Virus record (IMG/VR): IMGVR_UViG_3300029288_000057
Location: 192,001 to 256,000 of that record
Source: a virus
Lineage: Duplodnaviria > Caudoviricetes
Direction: 5' to 3' (one strand)
DNA: 64,000 nt
Both the position numbers and the translations under genes were made by a program. This document shows, in pieces, positions 38,747 through 48,410 of this stretch. The first letter of the stretch is position 1; every line of letters begins with the position of its first letter. Below the pieces are notes generated by a model that worked only from the letters and a program-made list of their open reading frames with translations, was not told the origin of the DNA and ran no database searches.

Positions 38747-39457
38747 ATGACTGCTTTACGAAACATAGGAAAAAATCTTGATAAACAGTTTGAAAATTTT
38801 AATTATCTTCCACAAAAACTTGAGATAGAAGATATGGGAATGGCATTAAAATTATTCATTGAGAGTCAAAATTTAAGTTTAATAATGGAGAATGGTCAAT
38901 CGAGAAGGGTTCCTGTAATTTATATTGCGCAAGAATTGTGGGCGGAACGAAAAATAAATTGGAAAGAAATGAGGTCTGAGAATGGCGAAGAAACCGCAAG
39001 GCCTTATATAGCAATGGTTAGGACGGCTGTGAAAAAAGGAACTGCGCCAATTAAGAACACTATTCCGAATAAAAAAAGATTTACTTTTGTAAAAGTTCCT
39101 ACTTTTGACGGGACTTTGAAGGGTTATGATTTATATAAAATTCCACAACCAGCATATGTTGATGTTGAGTTTGATATTAAGTTTATCGCACATTATATGG
39201 AAGATGTGGATGATTTCCTTGAAATGATGTTAAATCAAGCATATTCTAATGGTCAGGGATATTTGACTGTTAATGGATATCCACTCGCATCAAAGATAGG
39301 TGAGCCAATTGACGAATCGAATGTAGATGATATAAATGCTGAGAGAATTTATCAGTATTCTATACCTACTACAATACTTGGTAAAATAGTTGACCCCACT
39401 AAATTTGAGAAAGTGAATACAATAAAGAAAATTTCTATTAAAATTTCTGAAATTTAA
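38747..39457 (+). CDS. Tail completion/sheath terminator protein (T4 gp15-like)
   Basis: VPVIYIAQELW, KIPQPAYVDVEFDI, position before sheath. Confidence 0.7.
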   Translation: MTALRNIGKNLDKQFENFNYLPQKLEIEDMGMALKLFIESQNLSLIMENGQSRRVPVIYIAQELWAERKINWKEMRSENGEETARPYIAMVRTAVKKGTAPIKNTIPNKKRFTFVKVPTFDGTLKGYDLYKIPQPAYVDVEFDIKFIAHYMEDVDDFLEMMLNQAYSNGQGYLTVNGYPLASKIGEPIDESNVDDINAERIYQYSIPTTILGKIVDPTKFEKVNTIKKISIKISEI

Positions 39458-39516
39458 AATGATTTACTCTTTTTTTATCTATTTATAAAAAATAAATTTA
39501 GTAAAACAATTAAAAT

Positions 39517-41925
39517 ATGGCAACAATATTCGTATCACCAGGAGTTTATACAAGAGAGCAAGACTTTACTGTATTCGCTTCAAGAATTGGTATAACCAGA
39601 CTTGGTTTGGTTGGAAAAACTGAAAAAGGCCCCGCATTTGAAGCAATCAAAGTGGCTAGTGCAGATGAATATCTATTAAGATTTGGTGGAACAAGTCCAG
39701 ATTATCCTTTAAGTTATGTGGCTAATTCATTTTTAGCACAAGCTAATGATTTAACAATTTCCAGAGTGTTAGGAGCAGGCGGTTTTACAAGCTCTCCAGC
39801 TTGGATTATTGCAGCAAGTGCTTCTACCGCAAATGGTATTTATTCTGGAGCGACCTTGGCAATCTTGAAGAGTAAACAAGATAGTAGCGGTACTAAATAT
39901 TTTGACCAATCAACTGATGTTATAATTGGTACTATTGGAATGACAAATGCTTTAAGTGATTTTGTTCTCAGTGGTACAACTGGTCCTTTAACTGCTTATA
40001 CAAATGGTCTTACAGTATCTTTGGATGAAACAAAAGATAATTATTTAGTTAAAGTTTTTGGAAAGAATCCTCAAGTAATAACTGATACGATTAATCTTTA
40101 TGTTGAAGAAATTTATCCTCATTTTGTTAGAGAAGCAGTGTCAAGGTCAATTATGACAGGAACTCTTGAAAGTTCTCTTACATATAGGCAAGATACCGCA
40201 TATACAGACTATGGTGCTGATTACGCTCATTCAATAACACCTTGGATTGTTTCAAGAGTTGTCGGTGGGGAAGTTAATAGGCTTTTTAAATTTCATACAA
40301 TTTCTGATGGAGATGCATCTGCAAGAGAAATAAAAATTTCTATCGCAAACTTAGATGTTATCAATTATACTTTTGATGTTATCATAAGGAGATTTGAGGA
40401 CACTGATGCAACCGCTTCAAGTACCGCTTTGGAGAAATTCTCAACCGTTACTTTAGATGAAACTGCTTCTAATTTTATTGGAAAAGTTATTGGAACGTGG
40501 GATGAAGAATATCCATCTAAATCAATGTTTGTTACAGTTGAATTGGCTTCAAGATATCCATCAACTTCTATTCCTGCTGGTTTCGAAGGATATTATTTAA
40601 GAGGTACCTCTTCAACTTCTGCTGCAACTCCTAACATTTTCTATAAAACAACTTATTTATCAGGAGATTCAACTTTTAAAACCTATCTTGGAATTTCTGA
40701 ATTGGGTTATACAGGTTTAACTTCAAGTGTAATTTCTGTTAGAAATTCTGTACAGTCCATTGAATCTGATTTGTTTGTTTATCATGGCGCTTGTTCAACT
40801 AGTGCTTTAACACAAATAAAAGGTTTCCACATGGAAAATACCGCAGATGCAAGATATTATGTTTCTGGAGAAAAATCTACTTTAACTGCTTATACTGTTT
40901 CTAGTGGTTCTACAATAATAGATAAGGCTAAGCTTAAATTTACCGTTGTTCCTTGTGGTGGATTCGATGGATTTAATAAATATAAAACGTTTACTTATCC
41001 TTACGAAGAGTTTATTGAAACTCAAAGTAGCAATTATACGAAATATAAAGAAGCTGTTGATGTGTTTGCAAATCCTGAAGAAGTAGATATTAATTTATTG
41101 GCAACTCCTGGTATTGACTATCAAAACAACACTGGATTGGTTAAATATGCTTTAGATACAATAGAAGATAGGGCAGATATTCTTTATGTTATAGATTCAC
41201 CAAGACTTGCTACGGTTGCTGGAGATGGAACCATCGAAAGAGGAACTCCTGAAGAAGCGGTTACCGCTCTTGAGTCTACTGGAATTGATTCTAACTACGC
41301 TGCTACTTATTGGCCATGGATTCAAATTGAAGACACAATCTCAGGAAAATATACCTATCAGGCTCCAACGTTGTTAATAGTTAAAACTTTAGCTTTGACA
41401 GATAATGTTGCTGCACCTTGGTTTGCTCCTGCTGGTTTAAATAGGGCTACCGCTGGAACAAGCGTTAAGAGAACAGACCTTAAGCTTACAAGAGAACAAA
41501 GAGATACATTGTATGGAGGTAGAATTAATCCTATCGCAAGCTTTGTTCAACAAGGTATTGTAATTTGGGGACAAAAAACTCTTCAGGTTAGACAATCTGC
41601 TCTCGACAGAATTAATATCAGAAGACTTTTGTTACAAGTTAGAAGATTAATTTCTGCTGCATCACTTACTTTGTTGTTCGAACAAAACGACCAAACATTA
41701 AGAGACCAGTTCTTGGCAAAAGTTGAGCCTATATTATTACAAATCCAGAACCAGCGTGGCTTAACAGCCTTTAAGGTTATAATGGATGATAGTAACAATA
41801 CTTCTGAGACAATTGATAGGAATATGTTAATTGGTAAAATTCAGATTAAACCAACAAGAACTGCAGAATTCATTGACTTAGAGTTTCAAGTCCTTCCCTC
41901 TGGCGCAAATTTCGAGGATTTTTAA
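39517..41925 (+). CDS. Contractile tail sheath protein (T4 gp18-like)
   Basis: FVSPGVYTRE, YWPW, WFAPAGLNR, INPI, WGQKTLQ, RINIRRLL, PTRTAEFI. Confidence 0.96.
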   Translation: MATIFVSPGVYTREQDFTVFASRIGITRLGLVGKTEKGPAFEAIKVASADEYLLRFGGTSPDYPLSYVANSFLAQANDLTISRVLGAGGFTSSPAWIIAASASTANGIYSGATLAILKSKQDSSGTKYFDQSTDVIIGTIGMTNALSDFVLSGTTGPLTAYTNGLTVSLDETKDNYLVKVFGKNPQVITDTINLYVEEIYPHFVREAVSRSIMTGTLESSLTYRQDTAYTDYGADYAHSITPWIVSRVVGGEVNRLFKFHTISDGDASAREIKISIANLDVINYTFDVIIRRFEDTDATASSTALEKFSTVTLDETASNFIGKVIGTWDEEYPSKSMFVTVELASRYPSTSIPAGFEGYYLRGTSSTSAATPNIFYKTTYLSGDSTFKTYLGISELGYTGLTSSVISVRNSVQSIESDLFVYHGACSTSALTQIKGFHMENTADARYYVSGEKSTLTAYTVSSGSTIIDKAKLKFTVVPCGGFDGFNKYKTFTYPYEEFIETQSSNYTKYKEAVDVFANPEEVDINLLATPGIDYQNNTGLVKYALDTIEDRADILYVIDSPRLATVAGDGTIERGTPEEAVTALESTGIDSNYAATYWPWIQIEDTISGKYTYQAPTLLIVKTLALTDNVAAPWFAPAGLNRATAGTSVKRTDLKLTREQRDTLYGGRINPIASFVQQGIVIWGQKTLQVRQSALDRINIRRLLLQVRRLISAASLTLLFEQNDQTLRDQFLAKVEPILLQIQNQRGLTAFKVIMDDSNNTSETIDRNMLIGKIQIKPTRTAEFIDLEFQVLPSGANFEDF

Positions 41926-41948
41926 AATTAACTGACAGTCAAGTAGTT

Positions 41949-41979
41949 AAAAGGGAGAAAATAAAATTTCTCCCTTTTT
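41949..41979 (+). terminator. Intrinsic terminator after sheath gene
   Basis: aaaagggagaaa-ataaaa-tttctcccttttt. Confidence 0.8.
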
Positions 41980-42057
41980 GTTTTATATTTGATAATTTTT
42001 TAAAAAATTTATATATTTATATCAAAGAAGACTCCTGTAAATTAAATTTGAAACATC

Positions 42058-43113
42058 ATGAAAACAAATTGTTTGTTTTGTGGAATTGAAAATCCAAAAC
42101 ACGGAATGAAAACCTGCTCTAGAAGATGTGCAGATGAATTAAAAAAAATCAATAGTCGAGAAAAACGAATTTGCTTATTGTGTGGAAAAGAATTTGAAGT
42201 TAGAAAAAAAGATACAAGAAGAATTTGTTCTGAAGAATGTAGAAAAAAATGGGCTGAATTGCCAGAAAATATTGAAAATAGAATACAATCTTCTAAAGCG
42301 GCTGTTAAAGAAAAATTTGGTGTAGATAATGTTTTTCAATTAGAAAATATAAAAGAAAAGTCAAAAAAAACTAAAGAAGATAAATATGGTAATGAGAATT
42401 ATAATAATCCAGGAAAAATGTTAGTTACTAAAATTAATAAATATGGGAAAGATTGCTATGAACAATTTTCAAAGAAGGCAAAACAAACTACATTTAATAA
42501 ACTTGGAGTTGAACATCATTTACAATTGCCTGAATTCTTAAATAAACAAAAGGCAACAAATTTAAAGCGTCATGGAGTAGAGAACATTTCCCAACTTCAA
42601 GAAATAAAAGATAAAGTAAAGGCCACCACAAACGAGCATTATGGAGTAGACAATGCATCACAAAGTGGAGAAATTAAAGAAAAGAAAAAACAAACGTCAA
42701 TAGATAATTTTGGAGTTTCCCATCATTTAAAAGATTATGGAATGCTTCAGAAACACTTCAAAGCTCAGTATAAAGTTTTACAATATAAATCTACTGAGCT
42801 TTATTATCAGGGTACCTATGAGTTTCATTTCCTGGAAAAATTAGAAGAAAAAGGGTTGCTAAATGAAGTTTCGAATGGTAAAAGCTATAATTATACTTAT
42901 GATGGTGAGGAACACGTATATCATACAGATTTCTTTTTTAGAGAAGAAAATATAGAGATAAAATCTGGTTGGACTTATAATAAGAATGGAAAAGACAAAA
43001 AGTTAGAAGAAATTAATAAAACCAAATGGAAGTCTGTAATTGAATTTGGTGATAAGATAAAGATTTTATTTTCAAAACAAGAAATAGAACTGTTTGTGGA
43101 GGGAATCATTTAA
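42058..43113 (+). CDS. Putative homing endonuclease (Zn ribbons + helical repeats + PD-(D/E)XK domain)
   Basis: CxxC...CSxxC twice; repeated (K/H)(F/Y)GV(D/E)N units; YQGTYE...YHTDF...IEIKSGWT. Confidence 0.72.
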   Translation: MKTNCLFCGIENPKHGMKTCSRRCADELKKINSREKRICLLCGKEFEVRKKDTRRICSEECRKKWAELPENIENRIQSSKAAVKEKFGVDNVFQLENIKEKSKKTKEDKYGNENYNNPGKMLVTKINKYGKDCYEQFSKKAKQTTFNKLGVEHHLQLPEFLNKQKATNLKRHGVENISQLQEIKDKVKATTNEHYGVDNASQSGEIKEKKKQTSIDNFGVSHHLKDYGMLQKHFKAQYKVLQYKSTELYYQGTYEFHFLEKLEEKGLLNEVSNGKSYNYTYDGEEHVYHTDFFFREENIEIKSGWTYNKNGKDKKLEEINKTKWKSVIEFGDKIKILFSKQEIELFVEGII

Positions 43114-43316
43114 ATCGATTTTAAGCCGCTTTCCCTTCTTTTTAACACAATTCTACTTCCAACACAACTTTGTCGATTACGGCGCTTCCTATTGCATTGC
43201 GAGACGAAATAAACCATCAATCATTATCGTAAATATTCCCAAACAAAATTTTACAAATAGTGAAACTTTAATTATTTTAGAACTATTTATTTAAATACAC
43301 GCATTTTTTCTTCGAG

Positions 43317-43817
43317 ATGGGACAATACATAAAGCCAATAAGCACTAGTTATTTAAATTTAAGTGGTGGTACCGTTACTGGCAATACTGTTTTTACACAA
43401 GGACTTTCGGCTACAACATTAAATGGAAATGTAATTACTTCGGGAGGAACAGATTTGTATAGCATATTTGCACTTTCTGGAAGTTCTAGTGGTGGAGGCA
43501 GTGGTTACCCAATACAACCTGGATTAAACACTTATACTGGTGGGACATATAGTTCACAAACGATAAACGTTTCCGCTGTCACACTGGATAGCTTAAGTGT
43601 AAGTGGAACAACTTCTTTAGGTTCTGTTTCTGCGACGACTTATTATGGAGACGGTAGTCGATTAAGTGGAATTTCTACTGATAATTTTTACACAACTGGT
43701 GCCACACTATATGCACAAAAGATTTATTTTGATAGAAATGACACTTTAAGCGCATATACTTTAGATTTGACTTCTTTAGTTTTCAGCGGCGATGTGATAG
43801 ATGGGGGCTCATTTTAA
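43317..43817 (+). CDS. Small fibre-family structural protein
   Basis: YLNLSGGTVTG, SGGTDLYSIF, QPGLNTYTGGT, YYGDGSRLSGI, C-terminal IDGGSF. Confidence 0.7.
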   Translation: MGQYIKPISTSYLNLSGGTVTGNTVFTQGLSATTLNGNVITSGGTDLYSIFALSGSSSGGGSGYPIQPGLNTYTGGTYSSQTINVSAVTLDSLSVSGTTSLGSVSATTYYGDGSRLSGISTDNFYTTGATLYAQKIYFDRNDTLSAYTLDLTSLVFSGDVIDGGSF

Positions 43818-43820
43818 AAG

Positions 43821-43848
43821 AAAAGCCCCAAATTTCTTTGAGGCTTTT
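43821..43848. terminator. Bidirectional intrinsic terminator
   Basis: aaaagcc(c)caa...ttg(a)ggctttt between convergent genes. Confidence 0.6.
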
Positions 43849-43867
43849 AATTGTGTTTTTATAAAAT

Positions 43868-44224
43868 TTAAAATGGGTCAAGGTCTTTTAGTATTTCTAT
43901 TTTAATTCCTCCCTGTGTTGGAATTGAAAGCCTTTGCCCAGTAGAATATCTTAGTTCAAATTCTCCATAATAAATTCCTTCAGTGTCAGTATCTCCGTCT
44001 TGCCAAGTATATTGGATTGTGCCTCCTGAAGAACATACAATTTGAGCGGCTTGGTCATAAACTTTAGCATTTGAGCAATCATCAATCATAGTAAAAGTAA
44101 CTCCAGAAACTCCAGTGAGGTCATATCCAGCTTTTTGTCCCAAACTTCCTTGGGATGCAATGCTTACCTGTAGTGCTGGCAATGTATCATTTCTTTTTAT
44201 TCTAAATACTTGTGTAGTGCTCAT
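43868..44224 (-). CDS. BppU-like baseplate/virion Ig-fold protein
   Basis: IKRNDTLP, GTIQYTWQDGDTDTEGIYYGEFE...P. Confidence 0.75.
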   Translation of the reverse strand: MSTTQVFRIKRNDTLPALQVSIASQGSLGQKAGYDLTGVSGVTFTMIDDCSNAKVYDQAAQIVCSSGGTIQYTWQDGDTDTEGIYYGEFELRYSTGQRLSIPTQGGIKIEILKDLDPF

Positions 44225-44225
44225 T

Positions 44226-44612
44226 TTATAAAATTATAACTTCTATTATTTGACTATCAATTTTACATTCTATTTCTTGTTCGTTTATTTCAGCTGAAAT
44301 GTTTCCTGCATATATATTTATTGGATTTAATTTAAATGATGTGGTTAATGTTTTTAAATTTGTACTTGGCAAATATCCAACCGTCCACTTTAAATCATAA
44401 GCATTTTCGTATGAATAATAAATGGGATTTAAGTCAACAAAATAAATCCCATCAGATTCTTTATTTATTGTAGAAACAGATTCAACAACGGTTGATGTAT
44501 CTTTTATATATACAATTGCACTTATTGATGTTGGATTAATTAGACTATATGAATCTCCAGCTCTGCTGCCATTTATTTTATAAAATCTCCTATATAGTCT
44601 AATTACAGCCAT
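44226..44612 (-). CDS. Putative virion Ig-like protein
   Basis: 128 aa; GIYFVDL, YDLKWTV; co-transcribed with tube gene. Confidence 0.55.
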   Translation of the reverse strand: MAVIRLYRRFYKINGSRAGDSYSLINPTSISAIVYIKDTSTVVESVSTINKESDGIYFVDLNPIYYSYENAYDLKWTVGYLPSTNLKTLTTSFKLNPINIYAGNISAEINEQEIECKIDSQIIEVIIL

Positions 44613-44628
44613 GATGATAAGGTTTTTG

Positions 44629-44657
44629 AATCTTGAACATCAGATGTTCAAGATTTT
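44629..44657 (-). terminator. Hairpin after tail tube gene
   Basis: Perfect inverted repeat aatcttgaacatc-a-gatgttcaagatt. Confidence 0.6.
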
Positions 44658-44674
44658 ATTAAACAAATAGAAAA

Positions 44675-45163
44675 TTAAGCATTCAACAAACACCTGTCTG
44701 GTTGAATGGTAATTTTTACTTGAATTACATCATCAGCACTGTAATCAAAATCGTCAAAAGATGCATTTGTAATAATACAACCAATCAAAGTCCATTTTTC
44801 AACTTCAACTCCAGTTGGGTCTAATGCTTTGAGAACAAGATTTTTCTTATAACCAATTGCATATCCCATTCTTCCAGTTGCACTTTCGGCATGTAGTCTA
44901 ACCCATTCCATAATTTTTTGAGTCGTGGAAGGTCCTATTACATCAATAAAAGCAACATCAAGTGGTTGCCATTTGTAACGACCAGATACCCATGTGCTGG
45001 TATTCATGTAAGGAATTTCAGTGCTTCCGATTTCTAACGAAGGCTTTCCTGATGTTTGTACTAAATAAGATTCAATTCCCAACTCGGTTGGAAACTCAAG
45101 AACAAATCTATTTTTTCTTTTTGGTTCCTGTTCTACTGGAACTGGTCTGAACATATCTGCCAT
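44675..45163 (-). CDS. Tail tube protein (T4 gp19-like)
   Basis: EPKRKNRF, IPYMN, MEWVRLHAESATGRMGY, LDPTGVEVEKWTL, FDY. Confidence 0.9.
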   Translation of the reverse strand: MADMFRPVPVEQEPKRKNRFVLEFPTELGIESYLVQTSGKPSLEIGSTEIPYMNTSTWVSGRYKWQPLDVAFIDVIGPSTTQKIMEWVRLHAESATGRMGYAIGYKKNLVLKALDPTGVEVEKWTLIGCIITNASFDDFDYSADDVIQVKITIQPDRCLLNA

Positions 45164-45326
45164 AGTAAATTTAATTTTAAATGTTTTTTATAAATATTGA
45201 AAAAAATTTTTTTCAACTTTATTTTAAAAAAACTTAAAATTTTAGAATTAAGGTTTATTTTCCCTATTTATTTAAGAGCTATATAGCTTGTTTTTATTTT
45301 TTTAGAAATTATATAATTTCACCATT

Positions 45327-47972
45327 ATGCCAACAAAAAACGCAAGGTTCTTACCTAAGAGAACCGCTGTATCTGGAAGAATTCCAACTGGAACCACAGG
45401 AAATGAAAGTAACTTTATTCAACAAGGAGAGTTGGCTGTTAATACAGCTGATAAAAAACTTTATTCTTTTGATGGAACAAATGTTTTTGAATTTGGAGCA
45501 AACTCTTTTCTTGGATTAAGCGGGGGGACAATTAATGGTGATTTTACAGTAACTGGAAGCTCGAATTTACAACAGGTTTCCATAGAAAAATATGCTGATT
45601 TTTATTCTGGGGCAACAGTTCCATCGGCAAAAGTTGGTAGGGTTTATTTTGACCAAAACGAAAATGCTTTGTCATATTTTCCATATACGGATAATATGGA
45701 TGTTACTTTGAATGTTGGACAAGAATCATTTATAAGAATTTATAATAACACAGGGGTTCCTATTTTAAACGGACAGGCAGTGAGTCTTTGCGGGGATATT
45801 AGCGGAAGTCCTTTGGTGGTGCTTTCATCTGCTGTTGACGTAACTGGAGACACAGCTGTTGTTTCTGGTATTGCAACCCATCAAATTGAAAACGATGGTT
45901 TTGGATTTATAACAAATTTTGGAATTGTAAGGGATGTTAATTTGTCTGGATTTAGCAACGGAGAAACAGTTTATTTATCGGATGTTGTGCCAGGGGGTTT
46001 TATTAAACTTGAAAATTTATTAAATACTTCTAGGGCAAGTAAAATTGGACGTGTTATAAGCAATGGTTCATTAACTGGGAAGCTTCTTGTTATTATTGAA
46101 AATGAGAGTGGAAATATTTCTGGAATAAGCCGAAGACAAGAAACAATTTTTACATTAGAAAACACATCAACAGGATTGTTCCAATTTACAGGATTAAGTT
46201 ATACAAGCACTTATTTTAATGTTGCTCCAATTAAGGGATGGGTTGTGGATAATACCACAGATGTTTTTGTCCCGACAATTAGATATATTAATTATAGTGG
46301 AGCAACTGGGTTAACGTCTATATATCTAAGTTCTAATACGGGAACATATTTGTTGGTAAACACCGCATCAACACTCATGATGCAATCTACGAATCCAACA
46401 GCAGAAGAAAGAAGAGATAATTTATATGTTGGAAAAATAACACACCCCAATTATTCAGCCTATACATCAGTGCAACATCAATTATTATCTATGTTGTCTC
46501 CTTATCAGAGCACATATGATATGTTTTCCTCTTTAAAATATATAAAACAAGGGCTTGTTTGTAGTGCAAATGGTGGTAATTTAAAAATTAATATTTCTAG
46601 CGGAAAATTATTCGGATTGGGAATTAATTTTCCAAGTAACACAAAAAAACCAAATGAATTATCCTTCTCCGCAACTTCGCCAACAACATTTAGATATAGA
46701 ACACAAACTGGAGGAACATCAGTTGATACAACAGATATTGATGTATCACGTTATGATGTTGGTGGGGCAATAACCGCAATTCCAGGTGGCGCTGGTGTTA
46801 AAAGAGCAACAAATCAAAGAATATATTTGTTTCCAGGAGGAGAGGTGAGAATTGGATATGGACAAAATTATTATAGTACACTTTCAGAAGCTATCTCTGC
46901 GATTCAGTCTGAAACATTTATAGAATATAGCAACTTTTCAGAAAATGCTATATTAATAGGAATACTTTCCGTAGAAAAAAGTGCAACGGCGTTAAATGTA
47001 ACCTCCGATGCAAGATTTATAACAACATCAAAGCTTGGTGAAAACATAGGAGGTGCCGCTGGAATATCAACTTCAACTTTGCAGAATTCATATGATAATT
47101 CAACCCAACCAGAAATTTTAACAGATTCAACAAGAGGTGCTGTCAATTTTAGAGTTGGTTCTGGAAGCGACTTAGATAATATTTTGACAATTCAACAAAA
47201 TAGTGGTGCTATAAACGCAGTGTTTAGAGGAACTGGATATTTTTCCGCAACTACGGTTAATGCTGAAATTTTAACTTCTGGAAATACAAATCTATATGAC
47301 ATTTTTCAACCTATTGGTTCAGACTTAAACAAGACATATGTGCAAGGCGGCTTGAACACTTATACAGGTGGTACTGTAGATTTGCCTACTGTAAATATTT
47401 CTGCGGCTACGTTAGACAACATAGCTGTAAGTGGGAACTCAACATTAGGAATAACATCAACAAATACTTTAACTGTTCACGGAGATTTGTTTGTGGAAGG
47501 AACATCTTTTACATCTCATACAGAAAATGTTTTTATGTCAGCAAACACCATAACTTTGAATTATGGTGAAGTTAACTCAGGAGTCACAAAAGGAAGTGCT
47601 GGTATTTTAGTTGATAGAGGTACAGCAACTAAATATGAATTTGTTTTTGACGAATCAACAGATACATTTAGAGTGGGAGAAACTGGAACTACTCAACCAG
47701 TTGCCACAAGAGAAGATTCCCCAATATCAAATGGTTTCGCATATTGGAACTCTTCTCAATATAGATTTGATACATCAACATCAATATCAGCCACAACATT
47801 TGTAAGCGGTGGAACTGAATTGACATCGTTGATGGATGCGAGATATGTGAATGTTGCAGGAGATACAATGACGGGAACTTTAAATGTTCCTGTTTTGAGT
47901 GCAACAACAATCTCTGCAACGACGATAGTGTGTGCAAGTTTACCAAGCCCCTATTTTACTTGGGATATGTAA
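45327..47972 (+). CDS. Long tail/head fibre protein
   Basis: N-terminal KRTAVSGRIPT...GELAVNTADKKLY fibre attachment domain; shared GLNTYTGGT module; ends ATTIVCASLPSPYFTWDM. Confidence 0.75.
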   Translation: MPTKNARFLPKRTAVSGRIPTGTTGNESNFIQQGELAVNTADKKLYSFDGTNVFEFGANSFLGLSGGTINGDFTVTGSSNLQQVSIEKYADFYSGATVPSAKVGRVYFDQNENALSYFPYTDNMDVTLNVGQESFIRIYNNTGVPILNGQAVSLCGDISGSPLVVLSSAVDVTGDTAVVSGIATHQIENDGFGFITNFGIVRDVNLSGFSNGETVYLSDVVPGGFIKLENLLNTSRASKIGRVISNGSLTGKLLVIIENESGNISGISRRQETIFTLENTSTGLFQFTGLSYTSTYFNVAPIKGWVVDNTTDVFVPTIRYINYSGATGLTSIYLSSNTGTYLLVNTASTLMMQSTNPTAEERRDNLYVGKITHPNYSAYTSVQHQLLSMLSPYQSTYDMFSSLKYIKQGLVCSANGGNLKINISSGKLFGLGINFPSNTKKPNELSFSATSPTTFRYRTQTGGTSVDTTDIDVSRYDVGGAITAIPGGAGVKRATNQRIYLFPGGEVRIGYGQNYYSTLSEAISAIQSETFIEYSNFSENAILIGILSVEKSATALNVTSDARFITTSKLGENIGGAAGISTSTLQNSYDNSTQPEILTDSTRGAVNFRVGSGSDLDNILTIQQNSGAINAVFRGTGYFSATTVNAEILTSGNTNLYDIFQPIGSDLNKTYVQGGLNTYTGGTVDLPTVNISAATLDNIAVSGNSTLGITSTNTLTVHGDLFVEGTSFTSHTENVFMSANTITLNYGEVNSGVTKGSAGILVDRGTATKYEFVFDESTDTFRVGETGTTQPVATREDSPISNGFAYWNSSQYRFDTSTSISATTFVSGGTELTSLMDARYVNVAGDTMTGTLNVPVLSATTISATTIVCASLPSPYFTWDM

Positions 47973-47984
47973 AAAAAACAAAAT

Positions 47985-48209
47985 ATGGAAGAAATAGAAG
48001 AAATAAAAACAAATGAGGAAATACTTCTTGATGAAATACGTTCTCAAGAAGATTATAAAGAAGAAAAATTTTATTATGATGAAGAATTTTTTAATCTACT
48101 TAATTATGTAATTGAAAGTTCTGAATTGTTAAATGAAAAAATTAAAATGACTTTTCTATACAATGAAATTGGTGGAGGTCAAGGAATAAAATTAAAAATA
48201 CTTGAATAA
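47985..48209 (+). CDS. Small acidic protein, possible fibre assembly chaperone
   Basis: 74 aa directly after fibre gene. Confidence 0.5.
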   Translation: MEEIEEIKTNEEILLDEIRSQEDYKEEKFYYDEEFFNLLNYVIESSELLNEKIKMTFLYNEIGGGQGIKLKILE

Positions 48210-48219
48210 TGGAAATACA

Positions 48220-48397
48220 ATGAACTATCAAAGAATATATAATGAATTGATTTTTAAAGGAAGCTAAAGATAAAATATCGGAGAAAAATAGAGTAATGCA
48301 AACAAAAAGATATGAAAACAAAATTGAAAGAGAAAAACAAAGTGAAAGAATGAAATTGTGGTGGGAAAAAAGGAAAAATAATTTTAATAAAAATTAA
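48220..48397 (+). pseudogene. Internally deleted homing endonuclease remnant
   Basis: MNYQRIYNELI (MobE-like HNH N-terminus) joined out of frame to EAKDKISEK...EKQSERMKLWWEKRK (NUMOD3-like C-terminus). Confidence 0.55.
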
Positions 48398-48410
48398 TAA
48401 AATTTAACAA

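Noticed and set aside
38550-38747. 65-aa minus-strand ORF over the structured element
   Set aside because: Starts upstream of and runs through the predicted promoter; no protein-like features
48250-48267. Programmed -1 frameshift at TTTAAAG in the endonuclease remnant
   Set aside because: The downstream frame is +1 and the heptamer is not phased for -1 slippage
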